Assembly (NCBI RefSeq): GCF_000315625.1
Contig: NW_005434673.1
Location: 1,003,650 to 1,067,649 of the forward strand
Source: Guillardia theta CCMP2712
Taxonomy: Eukaryota; Protista; Cryptophyta
Reading direction: 5' to 3'
Length of the DNA: 64,000 nucleotides
Numbering within the stretch: the first letter of the stretch is position 1; each line of letters begins with the position of its first letter. A model generated the notes under the pieces. The model ran no database searches and was not told where the DNA came from. It worked only from the letters and a program-made list of their open reading frames with translations. Positions 58,902-64,000 of this stretch are shown one piece after another. A program made the translations under genes and the position numbers.

Positions 58902-61900
58902 TCACATGACTTGACTGATGATGCTCTGCTGACTCATCAGGCTCGTAACCTTCATCTGCATGCGCTGCATCTGAAGCTCGATCGCCTCCAGCAGCAGCTT
59001 CTTCATCCTCATCGTCTCCTCGTGCGCCAGCACCATCGCACGGACCTGCGACGAAAGTCAGACCAGCTCCTGCCCTCTCCGAACTTTGGCAGACCCTGGT
59101 GGAAGTGAGGAGGGCGGCGCGGCATGCCTGTGTCTGCATCCTCCACACTTGCTGATGCTCCCCTCCTTGTTCTTTCTTTTCTCTCTGCTCCATGTGCCCT
59201 CCCTGCTCCGCTCTCTCTCCCTGCTCCTTCTCCCCTCCTTGCCGCTCCTCCTGCAGCACGTTGTCGATCACTGCAGCGGTGGCTTCAGGGCCCAGCAGGT
59301 TCTGGAGGAAATGTGCTCTCTGTGCAACCAAGTCCCCGTCGAGAGAAGACCTTTCCCCGTCCTTCAACCGCATCCTCTCCGACCGGAGCGAGGACGCAAA
59401 CGGCGTCTCGTGCAGGGGGATGGAGCTGAAGAAGATGGCGCAGTCAGCGGCAGGTCGGTCGTTGAGCTCCTTCCCTATCAGGGCCCACTTCGGCCCGTGC
59501 TTTCTGTACGCCTCCTCCAGCCTCTGCAAGTCCCTCTCGGTCCACAGGGGTCCAGGGCTGTCTTCCTCCTGGCATGTGTGGTTGATGATGCCGAGGGATT
59601 CAAGGAACTGGAAGATGCGAAGGATGTCGGTAGCGTGCCCGGGGATGCGACGCAGGAATTCCCTGACGTGTAACTTGGGTGGCCACCTGAGCGGGCTGTC
59701 GGAGGAGAACCGAGACTGGAGGTCCTGCTTGTCGGCCTTGCCCTTCGACTTGCCCCCCTTCGTCACGCTCGACCTCCTCTTTCCTCCTGCTCTCGATCGA
59801 GTCCGTGCCTCCACCTCCTCCCCTCCATCCTCGTCTCCTCGGTCGTTGCTGATGCTGTGGGAGAAATAGCCCGCGAGATATTCGCACCACAACGTCACGA
59901 TGGCGTCGCGGTGCCACTTGTACGCCTGATTGACCTCAGTTCCTCCTCCTCCTCCTCCTCCTCCTCCTCCTCACCTCTGGTGTCTTGCTCGGGTGCTTCC
60001 CCTCGAAGTACTCAGGCACCCCGACCCTCTCCATCTCATGGATCGCGCCCATGTCGAACCAGGACGCTTGCATCGGCAGGATGAGGGGATTGGTCTTCTC
60101 CTCCTTCACCTGGCTCTGTGCTGCCTCCCCATGGATTGTCGTGCCCTCTCCGCAGAGCTCCAGCTCGGCGTCAGGGTCGAACGCTGGCAGGTCCCAGAGC
60201 TGGGGTTCTGCCCTGTAGGAAGCCTCCAGGTCCTGCTGATCCTCCCAGCACTCATGCTGGAGGGAGAGCACGCGCTCTGCCGTCTAGTCAGCCTCTGGCA
60301 TGCAGGACAGGCATACTTCTCACGGATCAGTTTCTTCTTCGACTTGGTCATCTCTTCCTGTTCGGCCCGTTTCTTCTTCGACGGCGACACCTCCTGCTCC
60401 ACTTTCTTCTTCTTTGACGGTGAGCTGAACTCGCTGCTCGGCCTTCTGGACTTCGACTCCAGCTTCTTCGCCAGAGTTTTGATCCTCAGCTTCAGCGCGC
60501 TTACACTTCTGTTCGGAAGCTTCCTGGCAATCTCCTCCCACTTCTTTCCCAGCTGCAGGCCACGACATTACATCCTCGCCAACCCCTCAAGCTCAAGACC
60601 TTTGAGAACTCGCTGAGCAAGACAGCATCCTCCTCCTCCGTCCATCTCGACTTCTCCCCCTGCAATCCCCTTTAGGCATCGGGACATGTAACACAGAGTC
60701 CACCATCTCCGCTACTTCATCCTCCGGGTCCTCTGGAAGGTAATCATCCTCGTTCATCCACTCGTTGAACTGCAACGAAGTTTACGTCTGTCCAGCAAAC
60801 GTCCTCCGCGTACCTTGTCTGTGTCTTTCAGCCACCTCACGCAAACCTTCCAGAACTTTCTGACGGAAGTCGCGCACATGTCTCCTTCCACCTCTCGCTG
60901 GGGAACCCACTCGTCGTAGCTGTCGGGGTAGAACCACCAGTGCACGTAGGCGATCGGCTCCTTCTTCGTCTTCTGGCGGTCAAGCTGTAGAGCATCTCAG
61001 CATGTCAGTGTCTCGCTCCTCCATCAACCTGTCGACAGAACGTCTCCTCAGTCTCCTTCATGTCAGGAGTGTCGTCGATGATCTTTGAGCAGCAGTTCAG
61101 CGATATCTCAGGAGGGAGCTACAGCCTCCTCCTCTACCTGATGAGTAGCAGCCCGCAGGTCTGACGTCAGCTTTGCTCCTCTCTTTTGCGCAATCGCTTT
61201 CAGCTTCGATACCTCCTGCCATGACGCTCAGGCGGACCTCCGATCTTACAGCTCGTCGTCACATTGGCAGACAGCTTGAGGTTCGGAGAGAAGTAGATCA
61301 CAGGGAACCGAAGGTGCCCAGCGTCAATGAGCTGGAGCAATTCGCAGTGAGAACCACAAGCATGCAATCAAGAGACATACGTTCTGTCTGATGCTCATCA
61401 ATAGCGAGATGTGAGCAAAATCGTCTTTGCTCTGCGTGTCCGCCATTAAAATGGAGAGGACCGAAAGTTCAGACTGGTCAACCTCTTGGGAAAACATCGC
61501 TTTCTTGAAATCAGCCTCGTCCCAAGTCTTCTTCTTCATGTAGTCGATGACCTGAAGGTTCGTCAGAGTGGTTTCATTCAACTCCCTCACTCGCCATGGA
61601 GAGCATGAGACAGAGTGCTCCATTCTCCCGGAAGTCTTTGAACAGTCGATTCGGAAGCTTCGCCATCAAATCTCTGCACGTGGAGCAGATCAAGACGAGA
61701 AAGGAAAACCAGAGACAGTGGAGACAAAGGGAGGAATGGAGGAGAAGGAGGAGAGGGCATGTTGAAATAGGATGAACAAGAGCGACACAATGGGGGTGGG
61801 TGGGTGGGTGGGGGAGCAATGGCACAGCACGTGTCTTCACCTCTTCGCTACTCTGGCTTGCCGGCCCAGATGCAGATCCAAGCTATGATGAAGAATAGCA

Positions 61901-62300
61901 GCAAGCTTTGCGAGAAGAAGAAGAGGGAGCCAATCAGGACAAGCGCGAGAAATAGAGTGGGAACAGGGGGAACATACCGTAGCCAGATATGCATTGCTGT
62001 TTCGAACCTGAGGAATAGACGACCGAGTTAACGATGAGATGTCTCTGTGAACAATGAGCGATGATCTCACTGTATCACTCTCCGCAATGATGTTCCGTCG
62101 AAGAAGGCACTTCCTCACATCATCATATCTGTCACAAACATCAGCGGTGCTTCAAAATTTGATCGTTACTCATATACCTCTTCTGGTACCATTTCTCTTC
62201 AAAATCTCGCAGAAACGCTTTCCCAAAAGATCCACCAGACTTCTTCCTCACCTTCACGGAAAGTTATTGATGCCGATAGCAAAGTTGTCGACACAAACCT
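58902..62300 (-). CDS. SMARCC: SWI/SNF core subunit of SMARCC/BAF155-170 type (MarR-like, chromo, SWIRM, SANT, C-terminal coiled coil)
   Basis: RKKSGG..; KLPNRLFKDFRENGALCLML; VHWWFYPDSYDEWV; WKVCVRWLKDTDK-FNEWMNEDDY; SWIRM PMQASWFDMGAIHEMERVGVPEYFEGKHPSKTPE, ILRIFQFLESLGIINH; SANT WTERDLQRLEEAYRKHGPKWALIG; LLEAIELQMQRMQMK. Confidence 0.88.
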
Positions 62301-63296
62301 TCGGTATATATGGATCTACCACTGCTTCATTGACAGGGATTTGCATCGAAGACTCAGCATACTGACAGAAACTTCAGAAAGAAACAATCTCCAGAAACGA
62401 AATGACTTGTTGAGCAAGAGTAAGGGATTGAAAGGTTTGCCCGTCGGGAGAGATGTAGACGTAGCGCCTGGGAGCAAACAAGGTCAGAGCGAATCAAGTC
62501 AGGTTACAAGCTTCACCCTTTCTCGTCTTTTGGCACTCTGTCCCAGCCTGTGAGATCCAATAGCTCAACGACAGATCTTTGCAAGCAAACTTCCTCTTTC
62601 ACCTTCCCCTAGCCTGTCGATCCACGACAACTGAAGACAACAATTCAACATCCAACATCGTAAGGAGGGTTCGAATTCACCTTGGGAGCGCTTCCTTTTC
62701 TTGAAGGTGTGAATCTAGGGAAGCTTGTCATGCTTACATCTGGCTTATATCTCTCAGCACAGCACCTCAGCCCGGCCTGCTTGTTCTTTTTCGATGCCTT
62801 GTTCGGACCCTTGACAGGTTTGCTGCAAAGTAGATGGTGAGTCTTGAAATATGTTCTCATATGTTATCACGTCTTTGAAGAAGAATTCCCCGACAGTGAT
62901 TGGGAGGAATCGTGCTCTTCTATGTCAACAGGCAGCACATCTACATCTTCCAGCTCCATGTCTACAGGAAAGTTGCCACCGACTTCCTCCATTTCCTCTT
63001 GGTATGAAACTACGCAGTTGGTGAGGGAGATTGAGGAGTAAAAGCCAACAACGTCAACGCACCTGCTTGCGGAGCTCGTATCCGATGTGATTCTACATCC
63101 AGCCATTCATTCTCCTCATCCATTCCTAGAGATTGGTCGTTCAAACTGCTTGCATTGACCTCCAAGTTCCTTTACCTCCGACGTAGTGGATGTGAACGAA
63201 GTTTGCGTTGATGTCGATGACCTCGGCTTCCCACCATTCTCCCTCTGCTTCCACCTCCACTTTAGACCCCTTCCTCAGCTTCGTCTGTTTCTTCAT
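62301..63296 (-). CDS. Tudor/Agenet-like domain exons, possibly the N-terminus of the SMARCC gene
   Basis: KLRKGSKVEVEAEGEWWEAEVIDINANFVHIHYVG|MDEENEWLDVESHRIR; same strand as SMARCC, with exon-like segments continuing toward it. Confidence 0.6.
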
Positions 63297-63930
63297 CTAC
63301 ACAAAGTCAGCATTCTGAAACGGAGTACTTGAAGTGCAATTCGCCTTTCCTTTCTATTGTCTGGTTCAAAAGCCATCCTTCTACAAATCATTTCTGTTTG
63401 TATACTCAGCACACTATCTTATATTCTTCATTTTTCTGTGTTCATATCTGTCTGCCAGGATCATGTTTTAATCTAACAAATCATCCTCCACATTTAATCC
63501 CCTCGCCTCTCTGCTCTTCTCTGCTCCTCTCCGCTCTCTCCGCTCCTCCACTCTGATCCTCTCTCCTCTCTCCTCTCTCCTCTCTCCTCCCCCACTGTTC
63601 GCTCCGCCCTTCCTGTCCTGCTGCTGTCTTGCTACAAGCTCCATCTTGCATTACGAAGTTCAAAATTGGGGGTAGGGGACCTTCAGACATGGTAGGGGTA
63701 CAATGTAATATAAGTCACTACCATCCATATGTCCTATGAGGAAAGGGGTGCGCAATCAAATCGGGAGGTGGAGGGTTGTATGACAGGGGTAGTCCAACGA
63801 GGGGTAGAGAAAAAGCGGGAATCAACGGGTGGGTGGGAATATTCGCAACAGGGGTAAGAAAGGTGAGAAAGTAGGGGGTGGTCCAGGGTGATACGGATTT
63901 GAAAGATGGATACTCGATGAGCGAGAAAAT

Positions 63931-63934
63931 GAGA

Positions 63935-64000
<66 letters not shown>
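63931..64000. repeat. (GC)n(GA)n dinucleotide microsatellite
   Basis: Directly visible; runs to the window edge. Confidence 0.95.

Overview
Gene-dense eukaryotic nuclear DNA with many short (~45-60 nt) GT-AG introns, microsatellite-filled introns and intergenic regions, and two assembly gaps. Bipartite signal+transit leaders, a starch dikinase with an LxLRGG leader, and RWP-RK/AP2/MYB factors point to an alga with a secondary red plastid, most likely a cryptophyte such as Guillardia theta (inference). Left to right: a large MG..S-initiated 5xC2 + DUF4062 protein running off the left edge (missed by the ORF track), a plastid HAD hydrolase, tRNA-Gly(TCC), an SLC35F5/Thi74-type transporter, a PDZ/coiled-coil/TM protein, an unknown plastid protein, a WW+TLDc protein, a SET methyltransferase, PET127, a DHRS4-like SDR, an RWP-RK factor plus a decayed paralogue, an RWD-SANT-SANT-CHY protein, a coiled-coil protein, alpha-glucan water dikinase, a chorismate-synthase relic, RAD17, a 3xAP2 factor, a KCNH/CNG-like K+ channel, a hypothetical gene, an R2R3-MYB, and an animal-type SMARCC/BAF155 orthologue possibly fused to a Tudor/Agenet domain. 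The best candidate for an undescribed system is the membrane-targeted multi-C2/DUF4062 protein, which may continue into a NACHT ATPase. Exon boundaries were read by eye and gene spans are approximate.
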